Assembly (NCBI GenBank): GCA_965228735.1 | Contig: OZ245838.1 | Span: forward strand, 5,792,001 to 5,856,000 | Reading direction: 5' to 3' | From: Planctomycetota bacterium | Lineage (GTDB): Bacteria > Planctomycetota > UBA1135 > UBA2386 | DNA length: 64,000 bases | In this document: positions 20,438 through 30,232 of the stretch, piece by piece | How the letters are laid out: each line of letters starts with the position of its first letter | How positions within the stretch are numbered: position 1 is the first letter of the stretch | The notes under the pieces: model-generated | Databases searched by the model: none | What the model was told of the DNA's origin: nothing | Seen by the model: only the letters and a program-made list of their open reading frames with translations | Program-made: the position numbers and the translations under genes

Positions 20438-23314
20438 CTACCGCAGATCGATCGGTTCGCCCGGCGTGCCGCGAACCGCGAACTCGCGTGATGTCTTCCG
20501 GCCTTTCGGATCCTTGGCCACGAGCCGATACGTGCCCGGCGCGAGCGTCACGGAGCCGGTGTCCTGCACGTAGCCCCGCGCGATCCGGCGCTCGCCGGCA
20601 AAGACCTCGTAGCGGTGCCGCTGCCCGACGAGCGGTTGCGCGATGCCTGGCCGCAGTTTCGCGCGCACCGTCGTCGTCTCGCCTTCGCGCACTTCGACGT
20701 CGTAGCGCGCCGCGGCGATGCCGTCGCCGGTGAGGTGCACCTGGACCTTGCCGGCCGCAATCGGGTGCGACAGCAGCGTGTCGTGCTCGCGTTCGAAGTG
20801 CGCGGCGAACGGCCCGGTCGGCAGGTAGGCGCGGCCATCGACGTCCTTCGGGTCGCCGTCGAACTCGATCGCGATCCGGCCCGTCGCCGGCATGCGGATG
20901 TCGCCGAGGTCCCAGCGGTCGTTGGCCAGAAGTTCCCGCGGGTCGAGCCGCAGCGGCGCCAGCCCGCGCGCGCGAACCGACAGATGGAACGTGCCACTGG
21001 GCAGCGGGCCGAGTTCGAACGTGCCATCCGCAGCCGTCTTCTCGCGTTCGTAGAAGCGTGGGGTGCCGCGGCGCATCGCCGTCACGTCCGCGTCGGCGAC
21101 CGCGTCGCCGCGGTGATCGAGCACGCGGCCCGCGATCACGGCGGAGCGCGCTTCCGGCGCGGCGATCTGCAGGCGGAACGGGGTCGCGCGCGGATCGAGG
21201 TCCTTGCGCGTGAGCTCGCGATCGCCCTCGGCGCGCGCGGTCAGCGAGATGCGCTGATCCGGCGGGCAGTTGATGAGCTCGAACCTGCCCTGGTCGTCGG
21301 CCACCGTGTACGGGGACCAGCCGCGGGTGCGTCCGGACACGTAGGCGCCCGCGACCGGATTGCCCTCGTGATCGATGACCTGGCCGCTCACGACGTGACC
21401 GCGGGTGATGGGCAGGTCGCGTTCGATGGTCGTGTTCGCCACGGTTTGGACGACGTGGGTGCCGCGGCCGTGATCGTCGTGCTCGACGACGACGGCGAGC
21501 TCGCCGGCCGGCAGGCCCTCGAACTCGAACGTGCCGTCGCGCGCCGTGAGGGTCGCGAAGTGGGCCAGGTCGCGCGCGCTGCCGATCTCGATCCCGGCTC
21601 GTGCCACGGGTTGACCGTCGTCGTCGATCACGCGACCGCGCAGACCCGCAGCGGCGGTGAGAACGATCCGGGTCAGCGCCGTCCCGCTCGGCGCGACCTC
21701 GCAGTGGCCACGCCACGGCGCGAAACCGGGCGAACGAACGACGACGCGCTGGGGGCCGGCCGGCACGCCGATCGCCCAGAAGCGACCCTCGCCGTCCGTC
21801 CGGACGAGCGCGCCGAGCGGGTCCGCGCCGTCCGCGGTCGCGGTGACGGCACAGATGCGATCCTCGCCGACATGCACGAACGCGCCGGCGACTGGTTCCC
21901 CGGCAGGATCGTGGACCGTGCCCTCGACGGTGCCGCCGCCCGCCCCGAGGCGCAGCTCGATGTCGGCGTCGCTGCCCGCCGTCGAGGAGACGAACGTCAG
22001 TCGCGAGGCCTGCCAGCCGGGCGCGCGGGCGCCGATCAGCAGACGAATCGGCAGATCGTCGACCGCGAACCGCCCGTTGCTGTCGGCCGTGGCGATGACG
22101 AACGGGTCGGCGTCGGTGCGCGCGAAGGCGATCGCCTCGACGGTGGCGCGCGGAACCGGGACGCCGTTCGGGTCGACGACCTGGCCGGTCACCCGAACGC
22201 CCAGCGGCAGGGTCAGTTCGGCGGTCGCGACCTCACCGGCCTCGACGTCGGCGACCACGGCCGTGCTCACCTGCTCCGTCGTGATCAGGTACCGGCGGGC
22301 CGGCAGGCGTGGGAACCGGGCAACCCCGTTGTCGTTCGTGCTGGCGGCCGTCGTGCCGATGCGGTGGTCGGCGCCGATGCGACGAACGAGGACGCCGATA
22401 CCGGCGGCCGGGCCCTGCGTGCGTTCGAGCGTGACCGTGACCTCGAGCGAGCCGGTGGTCGGGTCCGCCACGGCGGGAGCGTTCGCGCTGGCTGGCGAGG
22501 CGGCGGCGACGGGTTCGCGAACTGCCGGCGAACGCGGATCGGTGCCGTCTCGTCCGAGCGGGGCCGAGGCGGTGCCCGTGGTGTGGCGCGCCGGCGTGAG
22601 GTCCGCATCGTTCGGCGTGCCGTCGCCCGTCTGCCACCACACGATGGCGGAGGCCACGGCGAGGGCGATTCCGAGAACGGCGGTGGTCTTCTTGGCGGTC
22701 ACGGTCAGCACTCCATGCCAGAGGTGGGGCGAGGTTGCGGCGGCGGCCGGCAGCACGGGCGCCGGCGCCATGACGTCGTGCGTGAGCACGGCGATCGGGC
22801 CGAGCCAGGCCGCGCGGCCGCCGCTCCGTTCATCGAGGAGCGCGCGCAGCCGCTGGATCGCGCTGCGCGTGCGGTTGTAGATCGTGTCGACGGGCACGCC
22901 GAGCCGCTGCGCGATCGCCCGCGGCTCGAGGCCCTCGAAGTAGCGCAGCAGCACGACGGTGCGCAGGTCGTCCGGCAGCGCGTCGACCGCGGCGACGAGA
23001 CGGCGACGCTGTTCTTCGCGTTCGGCGAGCTCGGCCGAGGACGGCGCGGTGGTCGATCGGCCGGCGGCGGCTTCGTGACGCTGCCGCCGGCCGCGGCCGC
23101 GCACCAGGTTGGCCGCCGCGTTGCGGACGAGGCGGGACAGCCAGCCGCGCGGCTCGTCGACCCCGTGGCCGCCGTGCGAGACGGCGTTGAGCCAGGTCTG
23201 CTGCTCGAGGTCGTCGGCGTCGGCGTCCGCGCGCACGAGAACGGTGGCCAGCCGCCGCACGTGCGGGGCCTCGGCGAGCAGCCGTTCGAGGGCGGACTTC
23301 GGGTCGGGGGCCAT
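20438..23314 (-). CDS. ECF sigma factor fused to a TM segment and carboxypeptidase-regulatory-like (beta-sandwich) repeats
   Basis: Region 2 DADDLEQQTW...RGWL; region 4 LPDDLRTVVLLRYFEGL...IAQRLGVPVDTI; TM segment; repeated G.V.D..G.PVAGA.V / TD..GRF units. Confidence 0.88.
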   Translation of the reverse strand: MAPDPKSALERLLAEAPHVRRLATVLVRADADADDLEQQTWLNAVSHGGHGVDEPRGWLSRLVRNAAANLVRGRGRRQRHEAAAGRSTTAPSSAELAEREEQRRRLVAAVDALPDDLRTVVLLRYFEGLEPRAIAQRLGVPVDTIYNRTRSAIQRLRALLDERSGGRAAWLGPIAVLTHDVMAPAPVLPAAAATSPHLWHGVLTVTAKKTTAVLGIALAVASAIVWWQTGDGTPNDADLTPARHTTGTASAPLGRDGTDPRSPAVREPVAAASPASANAPAVADPTTGSLEVTVTLERTQGPAAGIGVLVRRIGADHRIGTTAASTNDNGVARFPRLPARRYLITTEQVSTAVVADVEAGEVATAELTLPLGVRVTGQVVDPNGVPVPRATVEAIAFARTDADPFVIATADSNGRFAVDDLPIRLLIGARAPGWQASRLTFVSSTAGSDADIELRLGAGGGTVEGTVHDPAGEPVAGAFVHVGEDRICAVTATADGADPLGALVRTDGEGRFWAIGVPAGPQRVVVRSPGFAPWRGHCEVAPSGTALTRIVLTAAAGLRGRVIDDDGQPVARAGIEIGSARDLAHFATLTARDGTFEFEGLPAGELAVVVEHDDHGRGTHVVQTVANTTIERDLPITRGHVVSGQVIDHEGNPVAGAYVSGRTRGWSPYTVADDQGRFELINCPPDQRISLTARAEGDRELTRKDLDPRATPFRLQIAAPEARSAVIAGRVLDHRGDAVADADVTAMRRGTPRFYEREKTAADGTFELGPLPSGTFHLSVRARGLAPLRLDPRELLANDRWDLGDIRMPATGRIAIEFDGDPKDVDGRAYLPTGPFAAHFEREHDTLLSHPIAAGKVQVHLTGDGIAAARYDVEVREGETTTVRAKLRPGIAQPLVGQRHRYEVFAGERRIARGYVQDTGSVTLAPGTYRLVAKDPKGRKTSREFAVRGTPGEPIDLR

Positions 23315-23533
23315 GTAGAGGTCAGGACACCGATCGGGCGATGGCCTGTACGGGTTCGGGTCGATTCTCGCGATTTCGCGGCCCCGGGGCGTTGCCGTGC
23401 TCCCGACGCCGGCATTCTGCTCCCCGGATCCGCCTGCGGAGCCATCCGCCGGATTCCGGTCGCCGGATTCCGATCGCCAGGGGCCGCGCTCCGCTGGCGA
23501 AAGCCCTGGCCCGTCGCTACAGTCTTCGCCCCG

Positions 23534-23986
23534 ATGTTCGAGGACTTCAGCGAGAAGACCGTTCAGGCCGTCAAACGCGCCGAGGAGCTGGCCAAGCAGC
23601 TCGAGGACGAGTCCGTGGCGACGGGCCACCTGATCTACGGCCTGACCGCGGACCGCAGCGTGTGCCTGCACTTCATCTTCCAGGACCTCAACGTCGACCC
23701 CGACATGTTCTCGGGCTACGTGCAGGCGCTGCCGCGCGAGCCCGAGGCGCCGAACGGGCCCTACAACCGCCACCTGCACACCGTGTTCGAGCGGTCGCGC
23801 GACGCGGCGAAGGATCTCGGCAGCAAGACCGTCGAGCCCGAGCACATGGCACTCGCGCTGCTGTCGGTCAAGGCGGGCTCGTGCTACGAGACGCTCAAGG
23901 AGTTCTCGATCGACCCGGAGTACGTGCAGGGGCTGATCCTGCAGGCGATGGGGCTCGACCCCGAGCAGATCCCCGAGTGGTTTTGA
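23534..23986 (+). CDS. stand-alone Clp N-terminal (Clp repeat) domain protein
   Basis: MFEDFSEK..QAVKRAEELA...TGHLIYGL and a second repeat VEPEHMALALL; no AAA+ domain. Confidence 0.8.
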   Translation: MFEDFSEKTVQAVKRAEELAKQLEDESVATGHLIYGLTADRSVCLHFIFQDLNVDPDMFSGYVQALPREPEAPNGPYNRHLHTVFERSRDAAKDLGSKTVEPEHMALALLSVKAGSCYETLKEFSIDPEYVQGLILQAMGLDPEQIPEWF

Positions 23987-24039
23987 GTTAGCGGACTCGC
24001 GCCGACTGGTCGCGGGCGTGCGCTACACTTGGGGACGCG

Positions 24040-25341
24040 ATGGCCGGGCCCCGCACGATTCTGCATGCCGACATGGACGCGTTCTACGCGGCCGTCGAGC
24101 AGCGTGAGCGGCCGGAGCTGCGCGGGCGGCCCGTGATCGTTGGTGGCGCCGGGCCGCGGCAGGTCGTGAGCACGGCGAGCTACGAAGCGCGCGAGTTCGG
24201 CGTGCATTCCGCGATGCCCGGCGTGCGCGCGAAGAAGCTGTGCCCCGACGGCGTGTTCGTCACGCCGCGCATGGCGCTCTACGCGCAGGTCGCGGAGCAG
24301 GTCCATGCGGTGTTCGCGCAGTTCACGGACCTCGTCGAGCCGCTGTCGCTCGACGAGGCGTTCCTCGACGTGACGGGCAGCCGGGCGCTGTTCGGCGACG
24401 GCCGGGCGATCGCGCAGCGGATCAAGGACGACGTGTTCGCCGCGACGCAGTTGCGGGTCTCGGTCGGCGTCGCGACGTCGAAGTACGTGGCCAAGGTCGC
24501 GAGCGACTTCGACAAACCGGACGGCCTCGTCGTCGTCGCGCCCGGAACGGAGAAGGAGTTCCTCGCGCCGCTGCCGATCGGCCGGCTCTGGGGGATCGGC
24601 CGCAAGTCGGAGCCGCGGCTGCGCGAGTTCGGTCTCTCGACGATCGGTGACGTGCAGCGGCAGTCGCGCGCGGACCTCCTGGCCGCGTTCGGCGAGCACC
24701 TCGGCGATCATCTCTTCGTGCTCAGCAACGGGCTCGACGCGCGGCCGGTCGAAGCCGGGCGCGGCGCGAAGTCGATCAGCCACGAGCTCACGTTCGCCGA
24801 GGACCTGCAGACGCGCGACGAGGTTCGTTCGGTTCTGCTGCAGCTGTGCGAGATGGTCGGGCGGCGACTGCGCGGGGCGGGCGTGCGTGGCCGGGTCGTG
24901 CGGCTCAAGCTGCGGCACCCGGACTTCACGACGCTGAGTCGGCAGCGCAAGATCACGGCGACCGACGACGACATGACGATCTACCGGGTCGCCGGCGAAC
25001 TGCTCGACAAGTGTTGGAACGGGCGGCCCGGCGTCCGCCTGCTCGGCGTCGGGCTCGCGGAACTCGGGAGCACGGACGAGCCGGCGCCGCCGCGCCAGCG
25101 CGGCCTGTTCGGTGACCCCGTCGCGGACGCTGGCGCGGGCGCCGCTGGGGATGCCGCTGGGGCAAGTCCGGCGGCGTCGGGCGATGCCGCCGCGGACCCG
25201 GAGCGGCGCGCGCGCCTGCTCCAGGCAATGGACGCGATTCGCGATCGCCACGGCGACGCGGCGGTGCATCGCGGCGGGCAGCGGCGCAGCACCAACCCGT
25301 GGGGGCCGGGCGCCGACCGGGGTGGCGAGCCCGACGCGTGA
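24040..25341 (+). CDS. dinB: DNA polymerase IV
   Basis: ILHADMDAFYAAVE, ASYEAR.FGVHSAMP, SLDEAFLD, AKVASD.DKPDG; C-terminal QRGLF clamp-binding-like motif. Confidence 0.95.
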   Translation: MAGPRTILHADMDAFYAAVEQRERPELRGRPVIVGGAGPRQVVSTASYEAREFGVHSAMPGVRAKKLCPDGVFVTPRMALYAQVAEQVHAVFAQFTDLVEPLSLDEAFLDVTGSRALFGDGRAIAQRIKDDVFAATQLRVSVGVATSKYVAKVASDFDKPDGLVVVAPGTEKEFLAPLPIGRLWGIGRKSEPRLREFGLSTIGDVQRQSRADLLAAFGEHLGDHLFVLSNGLDARPVEAGRGAKSISHELTFAEDLQTRDEVRSVLLQLCEMVGRRLRGAGVRGRVVRLKLRHPDFTTLSRQRKITATDDDMTIYRVAGELLDKCWNGRPGVRLLGVGLAELGSTDEPAPPRQRGLFGDPVADAGAGAAGDAAGASPAASGDAAADPERRARLLQAMDAIRDRHGDAAVHRGGQRRSTNPWGPGADRGGEPDA

Positions 25342-25446
25342 CCCGGCCAGCGTGCCCCCGGCCCGGTGGCAGGAAAGACGGTCATCTTTCCACAAGTGGT
25401 GTTCTGGCGGCCGTCGACGGCTTAGAACGACGCCATGCTTCGCCTC

Positions 25447-25710
25447 ATGAAGAACTCGTTCGTGGTCGCGGCCGCCTGCCTGACCCTCGCCGCCTGCAAC
25501 TCGATGGGTGCCAAGACGGACGGCGCCATGATGACGGTCAACGACTCGTGCCCGCTCATGGCGGACCACGGCGTCGATCCCGACGTCACGGTGGACTACG
25601 AGGGCTACAAGGTCGGCTTCTGCTGCTCCAAGTGCATCGGCAAGTGGGAGGAGTGGTCCGACGAGAAGAAGATGGCCTACGTCAAGAACTCGGCCGCCGC
25701 GAAGAAGTAG
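25447..25710 (+). CDS. small lipoprotein with YHS/TRASH-like metal-binding motif
   Basis: Lipobox LAAC; NDSCPLM...YEGYKVGFCCSKC. Confidence 0.75.
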   Translation: MKNSFVVAAACLTLAACNSMGAKTDGAMMTVNDSCPLMADHGVDPDVTVDYEGYKVGFCCSKCIGKWEEWSDEKKMAYVKNSAAAKK

Positions 25711-25740
25711 CCCGCGCGCAGCGGCTCCCGACTGGCGCCG

Positions 25741-25780
25741 CTCCCTACAGCAGCTCCCTACAGCAGCTCCCCTAAAGCAG
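25741..25780. repeat. three 13-14 bp tandem units at the carA stop
   Basis: ctccctacagcag ctccctacagcag ctcccctaaagcag. Confidence 0.8.
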
Positions 25781-26926
25781 TTCCACGAAGCGCTTGAACA
25801 GATACAGCGCGTCGTGGGGCCCCGGGGCCGCTTCGGGGTGGTACTGCACCGAGAACACGGGCAGTTCCTTGTGGCGCAGACCCTCGACGGTGCCGTCGTT
25901 GAGGTTCTTGTGCGTGATCTCGACGCTGTCCGGCAGCGAGTCGCCGTCGACGGCGTAGCTGTGGTTCTGCGACGTGATCTCGACCTTCTCGGTCGTGAGG
26001 TCGATCACGGGCTGGTTGCCGCCGTGGTGACCGAACTTCATCTTGTAGGTCTTGCCGCCGAACACGTGGCTCAGGACCTGGTGGCCGAGGCAGATGCCGA
26101 AGACCGGCAGCTTCTGCACGAGCTCCTTGGCCGCGCCGATCGCGTATTGGGTGATCTGCGGATCGCCCGGGCCGTTGCTCAGGAAGACGCCGTCGGGCTG
26201 ACGCTCGAGCACCGCCGCGGCGGGGGTGTCCGCCGGGACGACCGTGAGGTCGAGACCGCACGCGACGAGCGAGCGCAGGATGTTGCGCTTGGCGCCGAGG
26301 TCGTAGGCCACGACCTTGGGGCGCTTGCTGCCCGCCGCCGGCGTGTGCGGTGACGGTGGGGAGAACGCCGACTCGTAGCCCTTCTGCCAATCGACCGGCT
26401 TCTTCGTCGTGACGGCGAGCACGTGGTCGACGTCGGCGACGCGCGGCGCTTGACGCACGCGCTCGACGAGCACTTCGGCGCTGCTCTCCATGTCACGCGT
26501 GATGAGCACGCGCTGCTCGCCGTGGTCGCGCACCCGGCGCGTCAGCATCCGGGTGTCGACATTGTCGATGCCGGGGACGCCGTGCTGCGCGAGGTAGTCG
26601 GACAGCTCCATCCCCGAACGGAAGTTGCTCGCCCGATGGCACGCCTCGCGCACGACGAGGCCCGACAGCCACAGCCGCGACGACTCCTCGTCCTCGCCGC
26701 TGATGCCGTAGTTGCCGATGTGGGGTTGGGTCAGCAGCACCGTCTGCCCGCGGTAGGACGGATCCGTGAGGATCTCCTGGTAGCCGGACATCGAGGTGTT
26801 GAACACCAGCTCGCCGAACATGTCCTCGGCGGCGCCGAAGCCCTTGCCGACGAGCACCGTGCCGTCCTCCAAAACCAGCCGCGCGGCCGGGCGTTGCGGG
26901 CTCGCGCTGGGTTTCGGGTCGGTCAA
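25772..26926 (-). CDS. carA: carbamoyl-phosphate synthase small subunit
   Basis: [53 protein letters not shown]. Confidence 0.97.
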   Translation of the reverse strand: MTDPKPSASPQRPAARLVLEDGTVLVGKGFGAAEDMFGELVFNTSMSGYQEILTDPSYRGQTVLLTQPHIGNYGISGEDEESSRLWLSGLVVREACHRASNFRSGMELSDYLAQHGVPGIDNVDTRMLTRRVRDHGEQRVLITRDMESSAEVLVERVRQAPRVADVDHVLAVTTKKPVDWQKGYESAFSPPSPHTPAAGSKRPKVVAYDLGAKRNILRSLVACGLDLTVVPADTPAAAVLERQPDGVFLSNGPGDPQITQYAIGAAKELVQKLPVFGICLGHQVLSHVFGGKTYKMKFGHHGGNQPVIDLTTEKVEITSQNHSYAVDGDSLPDSVEITHKNLNDGTVEGLRHKELPVFSVQYHPEAAPGPHDALYLFKRFVELL

Positions 26927-27759
26927 GGTCGGGGTCTTTCGGCGAGCGGAGGCGCGATCTCGGCCGTCCTCCGGTTTATCTGGCTAGCGAGATATCCGGC
27001 GCCAAAGCCGTTGTCAATGTTGACCACGGCCACGCCGGCGGCGCACGCGTTGAGCATCGCGAGCAACGCTGTAAGGCCGCCGAATGACGCGCCGTAACCG
27101 ACGCTCGTGGGAACGGCGATGACCGGGAAATCGACGAGGCCGGCGAGCACGGATGGCAAGGCACCCTCCATGCCGGCGACCGCGACGGCGACGTCGGCTT
27201 CCCGAATGCGGTCGAGACGCGCCGTCAGGCGGTGCAGCCCGGCGACGCCGACGTCCGTGTGCCGCACGATGCGGTTGCCGCCGATCGCGAGCGTGACCGC
27301 GGCTTCTTCGGCCACCGGCAGGTCGGCCGTGCCCGCGGCGAGCACGGCGACGTGGCCGTGGCCGGCGGCGGTGCCTGCGTCGCTCGGGTCGAGCGGTCTC
27401 GCCGTCACCGTGATGCAGCGGGCGCGTTCGTGATAGATCGCGTGCGGCAGCGCTCCCTGCACCGCCTCGGCGTGCGCCGGCTCGGCGCGCGTCAGCAGCA
27501 CGCGGTCGGCGCGCGTCAGGATCTCGACGGCGATCGCGGCGGTGTCAGGTGGCGTCTTGCCGGCGCAGAACACGACCTCGGGGAAGCCGCAGCGCGCCGC
27601 GCGCTCGTGATCGACGGTCGCGAACCCGAGGTCCTTCGCGGCGCGCAGCGGCGTCTTGCCGACGGCGTTCGTCAGCGACGCGGTCGCGGCGTCGAGGTCG
27701 AGTTCGCCGCGCCGCACGCGTTCGAGCAGCGCGCGGATGTCGTCCGGTGGCAACGTCAT
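26923..27759 (-). CDS. larB: nickel-pincer cofactor biosynthesis protein LarB (AIR-carboxylase-like)
   Basis: [67 protein letters not shown]. Confidence 0.92.
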   Translation of the reverse strand: MTLPPDDIRALLERVRRGELDLDAATASLTNAVGKTPLRAAKDLGFATVDHERAARCGFPEVVFCAGKTPPDTAAIAVEILTRADRVLLTRAEPAHAEAVQGALPHAIYHERARCITVTARPLDPSDAGTAAGHGHVAVLAAGTADLPVAEEAAVTLAIGGNRIVRHTDVGVAGLHRLTARLDRIREADVAVAVAGMEGALPSVLAGLVDFPVIAVPTSVGYGASFGGLTALLAMLNACAAGVAVVNIDNGFGAGYLASQINRRTAEIAPPLAERPRP

Positions 27760-28820
27760 CGGCGCGACCTCGTGACCTTCGCCTTGCCGCCCGTCTGCGC
27801 GGTCGCGGTCGCGTCGAGGTCGAGCGGCGCGATCTGCCCGGTGCGGTAGAGGTGCGAGCCGAGGCTCGCGATCATCGCGCCGTTGTCGCTGCACAGGCTC
27901 ATGGGCGGCAGCACGAGCCGCAGTCGTGACAGCACCGCGTCGTCGGCGAGCCGTTCGCGCAGCCGCTTGTTGCGCGCGACTCCGCCGCCGATGCAGAGCG
28001 CCTGCACGGGATGGCGTTCGGCTGCCCGGCGCAGCTTGGTGATGAGCACGTCGACCGCGGCTTCCTGGTACGAACACGCGAGGTCGCGCAGCTGGTCGCC
28101 TGTCGGCATCGGCAGCGGCTCCTTGCCCTGCGGTTTGAGGGTGTAGAGCAGCGCCGTCTTGAGGCCGGAGAAGCTGAAGTCGAGCGAGTCCTTCGACAGC
28201 AGCGTGCGCGGCAGGTCGAACGCGCGCGGGTCGCCGCCCGCGGCCGTCTGCTCGATCGCCGGGCCGCCCGGGTAGGGCAGACCGAGCAGGTTGGCGCCCT
28301 TGTCGAGGGCCTCGCCGGCCGCGTCGTCGCGCGTCGTGCCGAGGCGCTCGGTGTCGCCCGGGCCGCGCACGAGCCAGATCGCGGTGTGGCCGCCCGAGGC
28401 GACGAGCGCGAGCGCCGGCAGCGGCATGTCCGGTTCGGCGAGAAAGCCGGTGTGGACGTGGGCCTGCACGTGATCGACGCCGACGAGCGGCAGGCCGAAG
28501 CGGAAGCTCAGCGCCTTCGCGGCCGCGAGACCGACGAGCAGGCAGCCGACCATGCCGGGGCGTTGCGTCACGGCGACCGCCGTCAGGTCGCCCGGCGTGA
28601 CATCGGCTTCCTGCAACGCCTGATCGACGATCGGCAGGATGCGCTCGGTATGCGATCGGCTCGCGACCTCGGGCACGACGCCGCGCCAGCGCTTGTGCAG
28701 CTCGATCTGCGAGTGCACGACGTTGCTGCGGACCACGTGGCCGTCCTCGACGACCGCGGCGGCGGTTTCGTCGCACGAGGTCTCGATGCCGAGGATCAGT
28801 TCGGGTGACGCTGCCGTCAC
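27756..28820 (-). CDS. tsaD: tRNA N6-adenosine threonylcarbamoyltransferase
   Basis: ILGIETSCDET, GVVPEVASRSH, HVQAH, SGGHT, DDAAGEALDK, FSFSGLKTA, GGVARN, DNGAMIA. Confidence 0.96.
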   Translation of the reverse strand: MTAASPELILGIETSCDETAAAVVEDGHVVRSNVVHSQIELHKRWRGVVPEVASRSHTERILPIVDQALQEADVTPGDLTAVAVTQRPGMVGCLLVGLAAAKALSFRFGLPLVGVDHVQAHVHTGFLAEPDMPLPALALVASGGHTAIWLVRGPGDTERLGTTRDDAAGEALDKGANLLGLPYPGGPAIEQTAAGGDPRAFDLPRTLLSKDSLDFSFSGLKTALLYTLKPQGKEPLPMPTGDQLRDLACSYQEAAVDVLITKLRRAAERHPVQALCIGGGVARNKRLRERLADDAVLSRLRLVLPPMSLCSDNGAMIASLGSHLYRTGQIAPLDLDATATAQTGGKAKVTRSRR

Positions 28821-30232
28821 TTGCCGGCTCCGTTGGTCGCGCCGGCCGCGTCGACGCGCGCTTGCAGTTGTTCGAGGGCCGTCCCGAGCTGGGCGTCGAC
28901 GCCCGAGCCCGGCGGGCTCGGCACGACGATCCCGACCTCGGCAGCGACCGCCGTGAAGGCCTCGCGGTGCGCGCGCGGCACGTCGAGGGCGCGGAGTCGA
29001 CTCTTGACCGTCTGCGCCGCCTCTCGGCCCAGCTCCGTGACGACATCGGGGGCGATGCCGACCGGCGGCTCGTTCTCGCCACCCTGGCCCGTCCCTTCCT
29101 GACCTGGGCCATTCGAGCCGCCGTGCGGCGAACGCGTCCGGGTGGAGCCGCCGAGACTGCGGCCCTTCGGCGTGTAGTAGTGCGCGGTCGTGAGCTTGAG
29201 CTTGAAGTCGGACCAGCTGTAGACGGTGTTGACGACGCCCTTGCCGTAGGTGCGCGTGCCGACGATCGTCGCCCTGTCGTGATCCTGCAGGCAGCCCGCG
29301 AGCACCTCCGATGCGCTCGCCGAGTCGCCGTTGACGAGCAGCACGAGCGGCAGGTCGGGGTAGCGGCACTTCGCGGCGTCGGCTTCGGCGCGTTCGAGCT
29401 CCTCGCCGCGGCGGCGCGTCGACACGATGACGCCCGATGGCTGGAACATGCGGGCGACGTCGAGGCACTCGTCGAAGTTGCCGCCGCCGTTCCAGCGCAG
29501 GTCGACGATCAGGCCGCGCAGGCTCGTCGACGCGGCGCGCGCGTCGGCTCGCAGGTGTTCGATCTCGTCGCCGAGTGCTTTCGTCAGCCCGCGGTGGAAA
29601 TCGCTGAAGTGCACGTAGCCGAGGCCGTGTTCCGGGTCGATGAGGCGACCCCATTTGACGATGGGCCGTTGCACGCCGGCGCGTTCGACCTGCACGACCA
29701 TGGACTCGTCCGCGCGGCGGATCCCGATCGCGACGGTGCTGCCCTCGGGCCCGCGGATCAGCTCGACGGCGCGGTTCCTGCGCTCGGCGCTCGGGATGGC
29801 GGTGAGGAGCGTGCCGTCGATGCTCACGAGCCGATCGCCCGGCCGGATCCCGGCCCGTTCGGCCGGGCCATCGGCGAACGGAAAGTGCGTGACGAGCTCG
29901 TCGCCGTGCAGCCGAAAGACGAGGCCGATGCCCTCGTATCGTCCGGTGGTCGCCTCTTCGTACTGCTCCACCTTGCCCGGCGGCACGTAGCGGCTGTAGT
30001 CGTCGACTCGCGCCATCGCGGCGATCGCGCGGTCCAGCAGCGCCGCCCCGTCCTGCACTTGCACGTGGGACGTCATGATCTGGTGGTAGACGGATTGCAG
30101 CGCCCGGTCCTGCGGATCGGGGAAATCGACGGCCCGGCCGGAGCCGAGGAAGACCCCGGCCAGGAAGGCGATGGCGATGAGCGAACAATTCACTACCAGG
30201 AACCAGAGCGGCAGCCGCGGTTGCTGATTCAT
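28817..30232 (-). CDS. S41 family C-terminal processing peptidase
   Basis: PDZ domain; DLRWNGGG, SASASEVLAG, RTYGKG, KLTTAHYYTPKGR. Confidence 0.92.
   Translation of the reverse strand: MNQQPRLPLWFLVVNCSLIAIAFLAGVFLGSGRAVDFPDPQDRALQSVYHQIMTSHVQVQDGAALLDRAIAAMARVDDYSRYVPPGKVEQYEEATTGRYEGIGLVFRLHGDELVTHFPFADGPAERAGIRPGDRLVSIDGTLLTAIPSAERRNRAVELIRGPEGSTVAIGIRRADESMVVQVERAGVQRPIVKWGRLIDPEHGLGYVHFSDFHRGLTKALGDEIEHLRADARAASTSLRGLIVDLRWNGGGNFDECLDVARMFQPSGVIVSTRRRGEELERAEADAAKCRYPDLPLVLLVNGDSASASEVLAGCLQDHDRATIVGTRTYGKGVVNTVYSWSDFKLKLTTAHYYTPKGRSLGGSTRTRSPHGGSNGPGQEGTGQGGENEPPVGIAPDVVTELGREAAQTVKSRLRALDVPRAHREAFTAVAAEVGIVVPSPPGSGVDAQLGTALEQLQARVDAAGATNGAGK

Noticed and set aside
26923..30188. Apparent long N-terminal extensions on LarB and TsaD
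   Set aside because: The extensions are Arg/Pro-rich off-frame readings of the upstream genes; the real starts make 4-bp overlaps.
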